Source: Burkholderiales bacterium
GTDB lineage: Bacteria > Pseudomonadota > Gammaproteobacteria > Burkholderiales > JAEUOS01
Length of the DNA stretch: 48,588 nucleotides
NCBI GenBank assembly: GCA_036271855.1
Contig: DATAZV010000384.1
Span: 1 to 48,588, forward strand
Direction: 5' to 3'
A program made the position numbers and the translations under genes. Below, piece by piece: positions 16,337 through 25,416 of this stretch; positions within the stretch are counted from its first letter, which is position 1, and every line of letters begins with the position of its first letter. The notes beneath the pieces were generated by a model that was not told the origin of the DNA, did not search any database, and saw only the letters and a program-made list of their open reading frames with translations.

Positions 16337-16471
16337 CGCCAGCCACTTCACGGCAACGGGCAGCATGACGCCGGCGGACGCGGCGTCGGACGCCGCCGAC
16401 ACGCAACTCGGCGCAATGCTGGCTGAGGCGCTGCCTGCCGCATCGCATAGTGACCCCACCAGCACAAAGGG

Positions 16472-16831
16472 ATGAACAACATGAACGGGATAAACAACAT
16501 GAACGAACAGATGCCCACCCAAGCCAGCCCAGTCGCCAACCCGCCCACGACGATGGTGCGCTTCTCGCTCACCCTGGACGACTACATCGCCGAACTCAAC
16601 CGCCGCCTGGAAGCCCATGCGGACTACCGTGCAGGCATGCGCGTGGTGCGCGACCCGCTGGGCGCGGCCATCGGCGGGCGCGGCGGCTATACCTTCGAAT
16701 GGCCCAAGCCGCAGGACGATGACCCGCAAGCCTGGTTCGACACCCGCAACGTGGTGGACGATGTCGAGTTGCAGATGCGCGAGCACTATGTGCTGGAGGA
16801 GATGGCGGATTACGTGGAGCAGGCGGCGTAG
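16472..16831 (+). CDS. Hypothetical protein (~115-119 aa)
   Basis: Open frame with good G/C third-position bias: ...MVRFSLTLDDYIAELNRRLEAHADYRAGMRVVRDPLG... Several in-frame ATGs (16472, 16481, 16499, 16511) fall within a short aacaacatgaacg duplication, so the start is uncertain. Confidence 0.5.
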   Translation: MNNMNGINNMNEQMPTQASPVANPPTTMVRFSLTLDDYIAELNRRLEAHADYRAGMRVVRDPLGAAIGGRGGYTFEWPKPQDDDPQAWFDTRNVVDDVELQMREHYVLEEMADYVEQAA

Positions 16832-16916
16832 GCGGCTGTCCCGGGCGTTGCTCGAATGGGAACGCCACCTTCGCCTGTTTCAGGCTAGGGCCGCGCAGGC
16901 TGCATCCCTCCGTTGC

Positions 16917-17001
16917 GAAAATCGGGGTCAAGGTCACGCAAATGCGATTTCGGTGAAGCTGAAAATCGCATTTGCGTTGCTGGTGACCCCGATTTTTTTT
17001 C
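16917..17001. terminator. Long imperfect palindrome with T8 run; likely bidirectional terminator built from a REP-like unit
   Basis: gaaaatcggggtca..acgcaaatgcgatttc-N9-gaaaatcgcatttgcgt..tgaccccgatttttttt. The inner 16-bp stem is perfect, the outer tcggggtc/gaccccga arms pair, and a T-run follows on the plus strand. It lies between convergent genes. Confidence 0.65.
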
Positions 17002-17009
17002 GGAGCGTG

Positions 17010-18245
17010 CTACTTCGCTTCGCGTGACTGCGCGATGGTGCGCAGCTCCCACGGCAAGATCACCTTCGAGTAGATCACCGGGTCGGTCCAGCCGCGCGCT
17101 TCGCGCCCAAGGTGGCCGCCGACCGGGTTGAGCCACTCCTCCTTCGGCGCGGTGCCGCTGCGCATCAGCAATTCGAGGTCGGCGATCGGCACTTGCGTGT
17201 CTTTGACGCCGCCGACCAATAGCATCGGTGCCATCGGGCGGCCGAGCAGGCCGAGTTTCGCCAGCGACATGGCGGGCAGGATGCGCGCCAGATCATCAAT
17301 GGTTTTCGTGCCTTCGACCACGGCGATGAAGGCGGGCGCGAGGTCGAACAAATATTCGCGATTGCCCAGCGTGCCTTCGCGGGTGAATTTTTCGGAGAAG
17401 AAAATATCAATCGGCGGGGACTGCGCCACCGCGCCGATCAGGCGCTTTTCTTCGGTAATGGCAATCTTCGTCGCCCAGTAGCCGCCGAAGGAAACGCCGT
17501 GGGTGAGAATGCGTTTGCTATCGACTTCCGGGCGCTTGTTCAGGTAATCCAGGATCGCGCTGAACATGCGGTCCGAGGTCGGGCTCACCTTCACCGGCGC
17601 CTGGCCGGTGCCGGGGCTGTCCACCGCGAAAAAGCCGACGCCGTGTTTCAGCACCGCGTCGTAGGTCTCGGCCACGGTTTCCTTGCGGCTGTCCAGGCCG
17701 CTGATGGCCAGCACCAGTGGGACTGGCCCCGTCGCGCTTTTGGGGAGCCGCAAGTAGCCGACGATCTCACTCATCCCATGCCCGGTGTCGAAGGGAATGC
17801 GCACCACTTCCAGCGGCGGGTCCAGCGTGCGCGCGTATTTGGCGTAGGCGTCGAGCGCATTCGCATACGACTGCTGCTTGCCCGGCGAAGCCGGCACCGG
17901 CCACTGGCCGAAGTAATACAGGCGCCAGGCGCGCTTGTAATTGGCGGCGGCCTCGGCGGGCGTTTTCGCCGCCTGCGCCTGCGCCATGTATTTGCCGGCG
18001 ACGGCGCCGAAGCCCGCGGCCCAGTCGTCGCGCTCGCGGGTCTTGATGCGTGAGAGCGCGTCGCGCACGTCGGCCGGGTCCAGCCCGCCCATCGGGTAGG
18101 CGCCGCGCTCGGCGCGCGCCTGCGCCTCCACCTTGATTTCGTCGATGCTGCGCTCGGGCACCTGGGCGTGGGCGGCGCTGAAACATAGCGCCGCAGTGAG
18201 TGCGACGGCACGCGCGAAGGCGCGGCCGGGGAAGGGTAAGGGCAT
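17010..18245 (-). CDS. Secreted alpha/beta hydrolase, FrsA/DUF1100-like esterase
   Basis: ATG at 18245 preceded by GGAGA. Signal peptide MPLPFPGRAFARAVALTAALCFSAAHA|Q. Nucleophile elbow GVSFGG, and LLVGGVKD...GGH in the C-terminal half. Confidence 0.8.
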   Translation of the reverse strand: MPLPFPGRAFARAVALTAALCFSAAHAQVPERSIDEIKVEAQARAERGAYPMGGLDPADVRDALSRIKTRERDDWAAGFGAVAGKYMAQAQAAKTPAEAAANYKRAWRLYYFGQWPVPASPGKQQSYANALDAYAKYARTLDPPLEVVRIPFDTGHGMSEIVGYLRLPKSATGPVPLVLAISGLDSRKETVAETYDAVLKHGVGFFAVDSPGTGQAPVKVSPTSDRMFSAILDYLNKRPEVDSKRILTHGVSFGGYWATKIAITEEKRLIGAVAQSPPIDIFFSEKFTREGTLGNREYLFDLAPAFIAVVEGTKTIDDLARILPAMSLAKLGLLGRPMAPMLLVGGVKDTQVPIADLELLMRSGTAPKEEWLNPVGGHLGREARGWTDPVIYSKVILPWELRTIAQSREAK

Positions 18246-18464
18246 GCGAGTCTCCGTTATGGTTTTGTTGTCGGCGGCGCCGCGAATTCTCAAGGCGCGC
18301 TCGCGGCGATTGTCGCACCAAAGAAATGTTCGCGCGGCGAATGGGGAGGGGGCCGGGTATTGCCGGGGAGGCGCCGTCTTCCGGCTTGCAGCCCGGCCGA
18401 GGTGCTGTTCGATAACGCGCTTGCCCACGTGCGGCGCCGGGCCGCCGGGGCTGCTGGTGCCGGC

Positions 18465-19211
18465 CTACTTGCCGGCGAGCTGGCGCTTGGCGCGCTCGGC
18501 CGCGTAGGCCTTGGCGGCCTTGATCAGCGCGGCGTCGCCCGAGGCCATGGCGTCCTTGAGCGACTTCTGGCCGTATTCCATGTTGTTCATCAGCTTGCCC
18601 AGGTCCAGGGTGCTGCCGAACTTCTTTTTATATAGCGACTGAAAGTCCGACAGCAGCGATACCTCGGCAGCCGAGGGGTGGCTGGAGTGCCGATGATGTT
18701 CGGCGGCGGGCGCTGGTGCTGCCGGGGGCGGCGCCGCCTGGGGTGGCTGCGCCTTCGGCGGCTGGGCTTGCGGTGGCTGCGCCTTGGGCGGCTGCGCTTG
18801 CGATGGCTGGGCCTGCGGCGGCTGCGCCTTGGGTGGCTGCGCTTGCGATGACTCCGCCTGCAGCGGCTCCAGTTGCAGCGGCGCCATCGGTGGCGGGTCC
18901 GTCTGCAAGGGCTCCAGTTGCAGCTCCTGCGGTGCCCCGGCATCGCCGCTTTCCAGCAGTTTCAGCTTGCGGGTTTTTTCCAGGGCCTGCATCGGCGTCA
19001 GGGTGATGGACTCGATCGCTTCCTGCCGCTCGACCTGCAGGTGGGCGGCCATGTTGCGCAGGGTCTGGTTTTCGCTTCGCAGGGCGCGTTCGAAAGCCTG
19101 GAAGGCATAAAGATCGTCGGCGATGAATTCATCGACGTCGAAGGGTTCTTTAAAGACACCGACATACAGCGCGTGAAAGCGCATGTAGCGTTCTTCAATG
19201 GAGTCGGACAT
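18465..19211 (-). CDS. Hypothetical protein with a central Pro/Gln/Ala-rich repeat (248 aa)
   Basis: Start MSDSIEERYMRFHALYVG (ATG at 19211). The middle is LQLEPLQ x2 followed by QAQPPKAQPPQAQPSQAQPPKAQPPQAQPPKAQPPQA, encoded by 15-bp tandem units at about 18735-18850. The C-terminus is helical and Lys-rich. No signal peptide. Confidence 0.6.
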   Translation of the reverse strand: MSDSIEERYMRFHALYVGVFKEPFDVDEFIADDLYAFQAFERALRSENQTLRNMAAHLQVERQEAIESITLTPMQALEKTRKLKLLESGDAGAPQELQLEPLQTDPPPMAPLQLEPLQAESSQAQPPKAQPPQAQPSQAQPPKAQPPQAQPPKAQPPQAAPPPAAPAPAAEHHRHSSHPSAAEVSLLSDFQSLYKKKFGSTLDLGKLMNNMEYGQKSLKDAMASGDAALIKAAKAYAAERAKRQLAGK

Positions 19212-19532
19212 GGTGTGGCGATCTTGCGTGCAGTGCGGCCGGCAAAGGGGCAATGTACAACAGACGGGGCGGCGGTAACAGCGGAAACGGCAGTCTCGCC
19301 GCGAACGGAAGGCAAGGCCGCGTGCTGCTGACTGTGCAATGGCTTGCCCGGGCCAATGGTAGGCAGCGGCAGGCGCCGTGTCCAGTGCCGCGTATCGCCA
19401 TTTAAAGCAAAGTAACAATCTGGACCAGCCATGCCGGAATCAAGAATCAACATTGTTCCGGCGTGGCGCGCAGGTTCATCCGCCCGATTGCCCGGTCCCC
19501 TTGTCTTCAATCGACCCGTTCAATCGACCCGC

Positions 19533-21950
19533 TCAGTTGACTCGCCCGGTCAGTTGAAACGCCGCCCAGAAAAACGGGTGCGGAAAGTTGGCGCGGGTGC
19601 TGAGCTGGGCCTGGCGCAGGGCTTCGTCCTTGTTCATCGTCGGCAGGTTGCGGTAGAACGCCGTCATCAGTTCGCCGGTGGCGCGGTCGTCCACGCTCCA
19701 CAGGCTGGCGACAATCGAGCGGCTGCCGGCGTAGAGAAAGCCGCGCGTCAGGCCCACCACGTCGTCGCCGCTGTTGATCGCGCCCAGGCCGGTTTCGCAG
19801 GCGGAGAGGGTGACGAGGTCGGTGTCCAGGCGGGTCGAATAGAGCTCGCCCGCGGTGAGCAGGCCGGCGTCCGGCGTATCGCCGGCGAGGAACAGGCCGG
19901 AGTGCAAGGGGTTGGCGCTTTCGAATTTGCCGTGGGTGGCAAAGTGCAGGCGCGAGAAGCCGCCGGCGGCGCTGAGAAAGTTGGCCTTGCTGGCTTCCTT
20001 GCGCACCAGCAGCCGCGAGGCGGGCACCATCGCGGCCAGGGTGCGGGCCTCGCCTTCGGCGAATTTGAGGTCGTAATCGGCGCTGCCCAGGTCGGGGTTG
20101 CCGAACACCAGCAGTTGCGCTTGGCCGCCGCCTTGCGCGGCGCGCAGGTATTTGAGCACGCTGGCGCTGGGCAGGTAGTGCATGCGGTACGCATCGATCA
20201 GCAGGCCGCCGTCGGGCTGTTGCAGCACCGCGAAGGGCAGGTAGTGCAGCGCGCCGTGGCCCACCACCACCACGTTCTTCGAGCTGATCAGGGGGGCGAG
20301 CGGCGCCCATAGCTGCTCATGCAGCGCGCGCGCGGGCGCCTGCCAGGCGGCGGAGTTGACGTCTTCGAGGGCCTTGCGCAGGCCGGCGATCTTGTCAGCC
20401 AGGCCGGCGCCCTCGAGTTTCACGCCTTGCAGCTTGTCGCGGCTGACCACGAAAGCGACCAGTTCATCGCCCTGGTAATAATATTCGACCAGGGTTTCGT
20501 CGGCCGCCAGCAGCGCCTGGATCTCCGGTGTCGGCACCGCGCCCACTGTCACCAGCGAAGAAAACTCCGGCGCCGCCGCGCGCACTTCCTGGCGCGCGGC
20601 GATCAGGCCGCGCACTTCGGAGCGGTCGGCGCGGTCGGCTAAGGGGGCGCCGGGTGCGTCGGTGGGCTGCGTCGATTTGCCGCCCTCGGGCGGCGGCACC
20701 GGCAGGTCCGGCGCGTCCAGCCGCTGCAGCAACTGGTTCATCCGCTCCGGCGCCAGGCCCTGGACGGCGAAATTGTTCTTGCCCGAGAGCATGTCCACCA
20801 ACGCGCGCGACTTCGAGCGCTCGACGTAATCAAAAGCCTCCGCGCTCTTGCCCTGCGCCAGCAGCAGCGCCACCAGGCGCGCATACAGCCCCTGCTTGTC
20901 GCCGACAAAGCCGATCTTGCTGCCTTCGGTGTTGATGCTGGAGCGCTGCAGCTCGACCATCTCCACCGCTTTGGCGTAATAGTCCGCCGCCGCGTCCAGC
21001 TGCTGCTCGGCCTGGGCCAGGCGCCCGCGCTCGTACAGCGCCACCCAGTAGAGGTCGCCCATGTCGCGGATGCGCGGCGAGGCCAGCGCCTCGTCGAAGG
21101 TGCTCTTCGCCTCGGCGGTCTTGCCGGTCTCGGCCAGCGCCTTGCCGCGCATCACCAGGCGCGGGATTTCGAGGATCGAAGTCGTGCTGTCGCCGCGATA
21201 GGCATAAGGGCCCAGGCTGTTGACGAAGGAAACCATCACCTTCATCGAGGCCGGGCTGGCGGGGATGTACTTCAGCGCGTCCTGGTAGCGGCCCATCGCC
21301 ATGTAGACCTGGGCCAGCGCGTTGTCCTTGATCCAGGTCCACATGCGCAGGCCGATGATCGGGCGCGAGACGTCTTCCAGTTGCAGGGCCAGGGCCGCCG
21401 CCTCGGCGGGGTGGCCGGCGCGGCTGGCCGCCAGGGTCTGCACTTCGAGCGCGGCCATGCGATAGCGCGCGGTGGGGTAGAGCGAGGTGCCGCCGCGCTC
21501 CGGAATTTTCGCCAGGATCACCAGCGCCTGGGCGGCGGCCGCGCTCGCCTTCGCGTAATCCCCCAGCTCGAACCAGGCGCGCGCGCGCAGCACCTGCGGC
21601 AAGGGCCGCGCGTCCGATGAGGAGATGAACATCACGTACTGGTCGAGGGCGATATCCACATCGCCCGCCTGCGCAATCGCCTCCAGCCGGTCGGCGCAGG
21701 CGAACAGTTTTTCATACTGCTTGAGCTTGCCGTAGGCGATGCACAGGTAGCCCAGCACGCTGGCCTCGGCCTTGGCGCCGCGCGCCAGCTTGGCTTCAGC
21801 CTCGCTTTTCAGGTCGGCGAAGCGGCCGGCAGTTTCAAGGTAGGTCAGGCTTTCTTCGGCCCGCGCCGGGCCGGCCCAGGCGAGCGACGCCGCCACGCAG
21901 GCGCACAGGCCCAAGGCGCGCAGGGCGGCTGATTTCGAGCGTTGCATCAT
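19533..21950 (-). CDS. Signal-peptide-bearing TPR-repeat CHAT-domain (caspase-like) protease, 805 aa
   Basis: Signal peptide ...SLAWAGPARA|EES. The N-terminal ~400 aa are TPR-like helical repeats. The C-terminal CHAT domain has the His/Cys dyad context RLHFATHG and LVTLSACETG and ends ...HPFFWAAFQLTG. Confidence 0.9.
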   Translation of the reverse strand: MMQRSKSAALRALGLCACVAASLAWAGPARAEESLTYLETAGRFADLKSEAEAKLARGAKAEASVLGYLCIAYGKLKQYEKLFACADRLEAIAQAGDVDIALDQYVMFISSSDARPLPQVLRARAWFELGDYAKASAAAAQALVILAKIPERGGTSLYPTARYRMAALEVQTLAASRAGHPAEAAALALQLEDVSRPIIGLRMWTWIKDNALAQVYMAMGRYQDALKYIPASPASMKVMVSFVNSLGPYAYRGDSTTSILEIPRLVMRGKALAETGKTAEAKSTFDEALASPRIRDMGDLYWVALYERGRLAQAEQQLDAAADYYAKAVEMVELQRSSINTEGSKIGFVGDKQGLYARLVALLLAQGKSAEAFDYVERSKSRALVDMLSGKNNFAVQGLAPERMNQLLQRLDAPDLPVPPPEGGKSTQPTDAPGAPLADRADRSEVRGLIAARQEVRAAAPEFSSLVTVGAVPTPEIQALLAADETLVEYYYQGDELVAFVVSRDKLQGVKLEGAGLADKIAGLRKALEDVNSAAWQAPARALHEQLWAPLAPLISSKNVVVVGHGALHYLPFAVLQQPDGGLLIDAYRMHYLPSASVLKYLRAAQGGGQAQLLVFGNPDLGSADYDLKFAEGEARTLAAMVPASRLLVRKEASKANFLSAAGGFSRLHFATHGKFESANPLHSGLFLAGDTPDAGLLTAGELYSTRLDTDLVTLSACETGLGAINSGDDVVGLTRGFLYAGSRSIVASLWSVDDRATGELMTAFYRNLPTMNKDEALRQAQLSTRANFPHPFFWAAFQLTGRVN

Positions 21951-22125
21951 GCAATGCGAACTTTTCAGAGTTCCGCACTGGAGGTCGTGGCAGGCGGAAG
22001 GCCATCGAGCGAACCGGCGGCGGCATCGCGGCCGCCCCGGTGGACCCGGAGTCAGCCCCGCGCACGGGCTGTTGATGCTGCAATATACGCTCCTTTTTAT
22101 GGCCCGCAGTGTTGTTGCGCGGCGC

Positions 22126-22614
22126 CTATTTCTTCGGCGTGATGAAGTCGAAGCCGCTGGACTGGCTGATGTAGATCAGGCAGTCGGTATTCCCCAGGCA
22201 CTTGGTGATGTGGTTGATCTTGCCCTTCTGGAAGTAGTACGAGCCCGGCCCCAGCACCACCTCCGCGTAGGAAGTCGGCCCCGGCGCCACGGCCGCCTGC
22301 CCGACTTCGGCATTGACCACCGAGCCCTCGACGATCACGCCGTAGTAGTCCCCGGTGTGCCAATGCGCCGGGCTGACGAAGCCCTTGGTCAGGCGCAGCA
22401 GGGAGCCGTGCGGGCCGGTCGAGGCCTTGCCCCAGACGGTGCCCAGTTGCGGGCCGCCCAGGTCCTTGTACTTCACCTGGTCGGCCGGCAGGTTCAGCGA
22501 GCGCGGCGCGCGCGGCTGCTGCGCCAGCAGCGCAGGCGCGGCGAGCACGGCGGCGAGGGCGGCCAGGGCGGGAAGGGGGATGAAAAAAGCGGCGGTTTTT
22601 CTGAACATCGGCAT
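22126..22614 (-). CDS. Secreted cupin-domain protein (162 aa)
   Basis: ATG at 22614 preceded by AAGGAA. A signal peptide is followed by PHGSLLRLTKGFVSPAHWHTGDYYGVIVEG (cupin motif 1-like). The track ORF over-extends to 23013. Confidence 0.7.
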   Translation of the reverse strand: MPMFRKTAAFFIPLPALAALAAVLAAPALLAQQPRAPRSLNLPADQVKYKDLGGPQLGTVWGKASTGPHGSLLRLTKGFVSPAHWHTGDYYGVIVEGSVVNAEVGQAAVAPGPTSYAEVVLGPGSYYFQKGKINHITKCLGNTDCLIYISQSSGFDFITPKK

Positions 22615-22684
22615 GAGGGTGTTCCTTCGGGAGCGGGTGGCCGGAATCGGCGGGAAGCGCAGTGTGCCGCCGCGCCATGTATCA

Positions 22685-22700
22685 TTCCAATAGATTGGAA
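22685..22700. promoter_or_regulatory. LysR-type T-N11-A box (TTCCAAT-AG-ATTGGAA)
   Basis: Perfect 7-bp inverted repeat in the 88-bp divergent region, 3 bp upstream of the LysR start and opposite the cupin gene. Confidence 0.6.
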
Positions 22701-22702
22701 CA

Positions 22703-23692
22703 ATGATGACTATTGTTGAAAACGATTTCAGGAAACTCGACCTCAACCTGCTGGTAGCCCTGCAGGTGCTGGTGCGGGAGAAAAGCGTATCGAAGGCGGC
22801 GGCGCGCCTGTACCTCGGCCAGCCGGCGATGAGCGGCACCCTGGCGCGCCTGCGCGAGCTGCTGGGCGACGACATCCTGGTGCGCAGCGGGCGCGGCATG
22901 CAGCCCACCAGCCGCGCGCTGGCGCTGTGCGCGCAACTGGCGCCGGCGCTGGAGAGCATCCGCGCTACGCTCTTCGAGCAGCCGGTGTTCGACCCGGCCA
23001 CGCAGGCGCGCACCTTTCACCTCGGCATGCGCGACTGGGTCGAGAGCTGGCTGATGCCGGGCCTGATGGCGCGGGTGCAGCAGGCCGCGCCCCATGTGCG
23101 CATCGCGGTGCGCGCCAGCGACGCCCAGCAGGGCGCGCGCATGTTGCAGGAGGAGGAGATGGACCTCGGCATCTCGGTGTTTCCCGCCGGCCCGGCCTGG
23201 CAGCGCCGCGAGACGCTGGCGACGATGGGCTACCGTTGCGTGTATGACGGCAAGCGCTTGCGCCTGCGTGCGCCGCTGACCCTCGAGCAATACCTCGCCC
23301 ACCCGCACCTGGTGACGCCGGCGCAGGCCGACTTTCACGGCGCGGTGGATGACGAACTGGTGGGGCGGCGCAAGCGCCGCAGCGTCATCTACACCACGCC
23401 GCGCTTCGCCGCCCTGCCGCTGCTGCTGCGCCGCGCCGACCTGATCGCCACCGTGCCGGAACAGTCGGCGCGGCAATGGGCCGAAGTGTTCGGCCTGACC
23501 GTGAGCCCGGTGCCGCTGCGCATCGCGCCGTTTGAAATCTCGATGATCTGGCACGCGCGGCGCGAAAGCGACGCCGGCCTGCAATGGCTGCGTAGCGTGG
23601 TGCGCGAGGTGGCGGCCGCCGAAATGCGCAGCCTGGCACCGGCGCCAGGCGTACCGGGCGCCGGCTCAAGATCGCCGAAAAAGAGCCGATAA
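22703..23692 (+). CDS. LysR-family transcriptional regulator
   Basis: N-terminal wHTH LDLNLLVALQVLVREKSVSKAAARLYLGQPAMSGTLARLRE, followed by a substrate-binding domain of the NodD/LeuO-like subgroup. Divergent from the cupin gene. Confidence 0.9.
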   Translation: MMTIVENDFRKLDLNLLVALQVLVREKSVSKAAARLYLGQPAMSGTLARLRELLGDDILVRSGRGMQPTSRALALCAQLAPALESIRATLFEQPVFDPATQARTFHLGMRDWVESWLMPGLMARVQQAAPHVRIAVRASDAQQGARMLQEEEMDLGISVFPAGPAWQRRETLATMGYRCVYDGKRLRLRAPLTLEQYLAHPHLVTPAQADFHGAVDDELVGRRKRRSVIYTTPRFAALPLLLRRADLIATVPEQSARQWAEVFGLTVSPVPLRIAPFEISMIWHARRESDAGLQWLRSVVREVAAAEMRSLAPAPGVPGAGSRSPKKSR

Positions 23693-23926
23693 AGCCACTG
23701 GGAGCCTGATTCTCCCGCATTCACAGGGGTTGCGGCGATTGTCCGCACCGCAGGCAGGCATGACAAGGGGGTCGCCTTGCCTGCGTTCCCGACGAGCCCG
23801 CCAGCCGCTTTAGCGCGTCGGGCTGCACCACAGCCATTCGCTTGATGTTCGTGCCCATTGGGTCGGGCGGCGTTGCCTTTGCGGGAGCGCCGGTCCGCCG
23901 AAGATTAACGTACGCCAGAGATATTC

Positions 23927-25306
23927 GTGGAAAAAATGCGACTCCATCTGTCCGATGCCGCCTTCGTGCCCAACCCGGCGCCCGATTTCGAGCGCTATCG
24001 CGTGGCCTTCGAGCGCGCCATCCTGGCCTCGCTGTTCACCGGCACCCTGGTGGCCCTGCTGTTTTTCATCTCCAACGGCCAGACCTTCCGCATCGCCCTT
24101 TCGCTGCAGTTCGCCTTGATCGGCTACGTCGCCTGGCGCCTGCAACGCCAGGGCCGCACGCGGCTGGGCTACCGGGTGGTGATTTTCGGCGTCTGGGCCG
24201 CGTCGCTGGCGGGCATCGCCCTGATCAACGGCGTGCAGGCGCCCGGGGTGAGCGTGCTGATCCCCGTCATCCTGCTGGCCGGCTGGCTGGTGCGCCCGCG
24301 CGCGGCGCTGCTGCTGGCGGCTTGCACCGTGGTGGCGCTGTTCGTGCTGGCCTACGCCGCCGAGCATCACGCCCTGCTGCCGGTGACGCTGGGCGCGGGC
24401 GCGTATTACGCCGCCATCGTTCATTCGCTGACCGTCGCCGTCTCCGGCGCGCTGGGCTACTTCGGCGCGCGCGCGGTGAATGCGCAAATGCGCGCCCTCG
24501 ACAACTCCCGCGCCTGCCTGAGTGCCGCCCTGAACGAACTGCGGGTGCGCGAAGAAGACCTGCAGCGCAGCCGCGCCGAGCTGTGCGCGCTGAACCAGTC
24601 GCTGGAGCGCCACGTCGCCGAACGCACCGTCGCCCTGCAGGCGGCGGTGGAGCAGCTCGAGGGCTTCTCCTACTCCGTCGCCCACGACCTCAACGCGCCC
24701 CTGCGCGCCATCAGCGGCTTCGCTTCCATCCTGCTCGAAGAAGAAGGCGCGCAGCTCTCTGAAGACGGGCGCCGGCAACTGCGCACCATGGCGCAAAGCG
24801 CGGTGCACATGGGCCACCTGGTGGAAGGCTTTCTCACCCTGGCGCAGATCAGCCGCGAAGAGCTGCACCCCTCCACCCTCGACTTCGCCGCCCTGGCGCG
24901 CGAAGCGGCGCGCGGCTTCGAGGGCAGCTACCCGCAAGTCGAATTGCGCATCGGCGAGGCCCTGCCGGCGCAGCGCGGCGACGCCCGCATGGTGCGCCAG
25001 CTGCTGGAAAACCTGCTCGGCAACGCCTACAAATTCTCATCCAAGCAGCCGGCGCCGCTGGTCGAACTGGGCTGGGACGCCGGCCGCCGCGCCTGGTTCG
25101 TGCGCGACAACGGCGTCGGCTTCGATGCACAGTTTTCCAACCGCGCCTTCGGCATGTTCGAGCGCCTGCATTCGCGCGAGGAGTACGACAGCCCCGGCCT
25201 CGGCCTGGCCCTGGTCAAGCGCATCGTCGAGCGGCATCACGGCTACATCTGGGCCGAGTCCAAACCGGGCGAGGGCGCCGCCTTCTTCTTTTCCTTCGAC
25301 GTCTGA
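23927..25306 (+). CDS. Membrane sensor histidine kinase (multi-TM N-terminus, coiled coil, HisKA, HATPase_c)
   Basis: About 6 hydrophobic segments. H-box FSYSVAHDLNAPLR, N-box LLGNAYKFS, G-boxes DNGVGF and GLGLALV. GTG at 23927 or ATG at 23936. No response regulator is adjacent. Confidence 0.85.
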   Translation: MEKMRLHLSDAAFVPNPAPDFERYRVAFERAILASLFTGTLVALLFFISNGQTFRIALSLQFALIGYVAWRLQRQGRTRLGYRVVIFGVWAASLAGIALINGVQAPGVSVLIPVILLAGWLVRPRAALLLAACTVVALFVLAYAAEHHALLPVTLGAGAYYAAIVHSLTVAVSGALGYFGARAVNAQMRALDNSRACLSAALNELRVREEDLQRSRAELCALNQSLERHVAERTVALQAAVEQLEGFSYSVAHDLNAPLRAISGFASILLEEEGAQLSEDGRRQLRTMAQSAVHMGHLVEGFLTLAQISREELHPSTLDFAALAREAARGFEGSYPQVELRIGEALPAQRGDARMVRQLLENLLGNAYKFSSKQPAPLVELGWDAGRRAWFVRDNGVGFDAQFSNRAFGMFERLHSREEYDSPGLGLALVKRIVERHHGYIWAESKPGEGAAFFFSFDV

Positions 25307-25416
25307 CCATCCGCCGCCGCCCGGGCGCCGCGCTGCGCGCGACGGCGCTTGCCGCCGCCTTCCAGCCCCTTATCCTGCTTAAAACCGCAACAACAGCGCG
25401 CCACCGCCCAATCCCG

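Noticed and set aside
15993-16475. 160-aa plus ORF filling the kinase-upstream intergenic region
   Set aside because: Poor third-position bias and odd composition, and it traverses the T-tract block. I found no SD. The region is more likely non-coding regulatory DNA.
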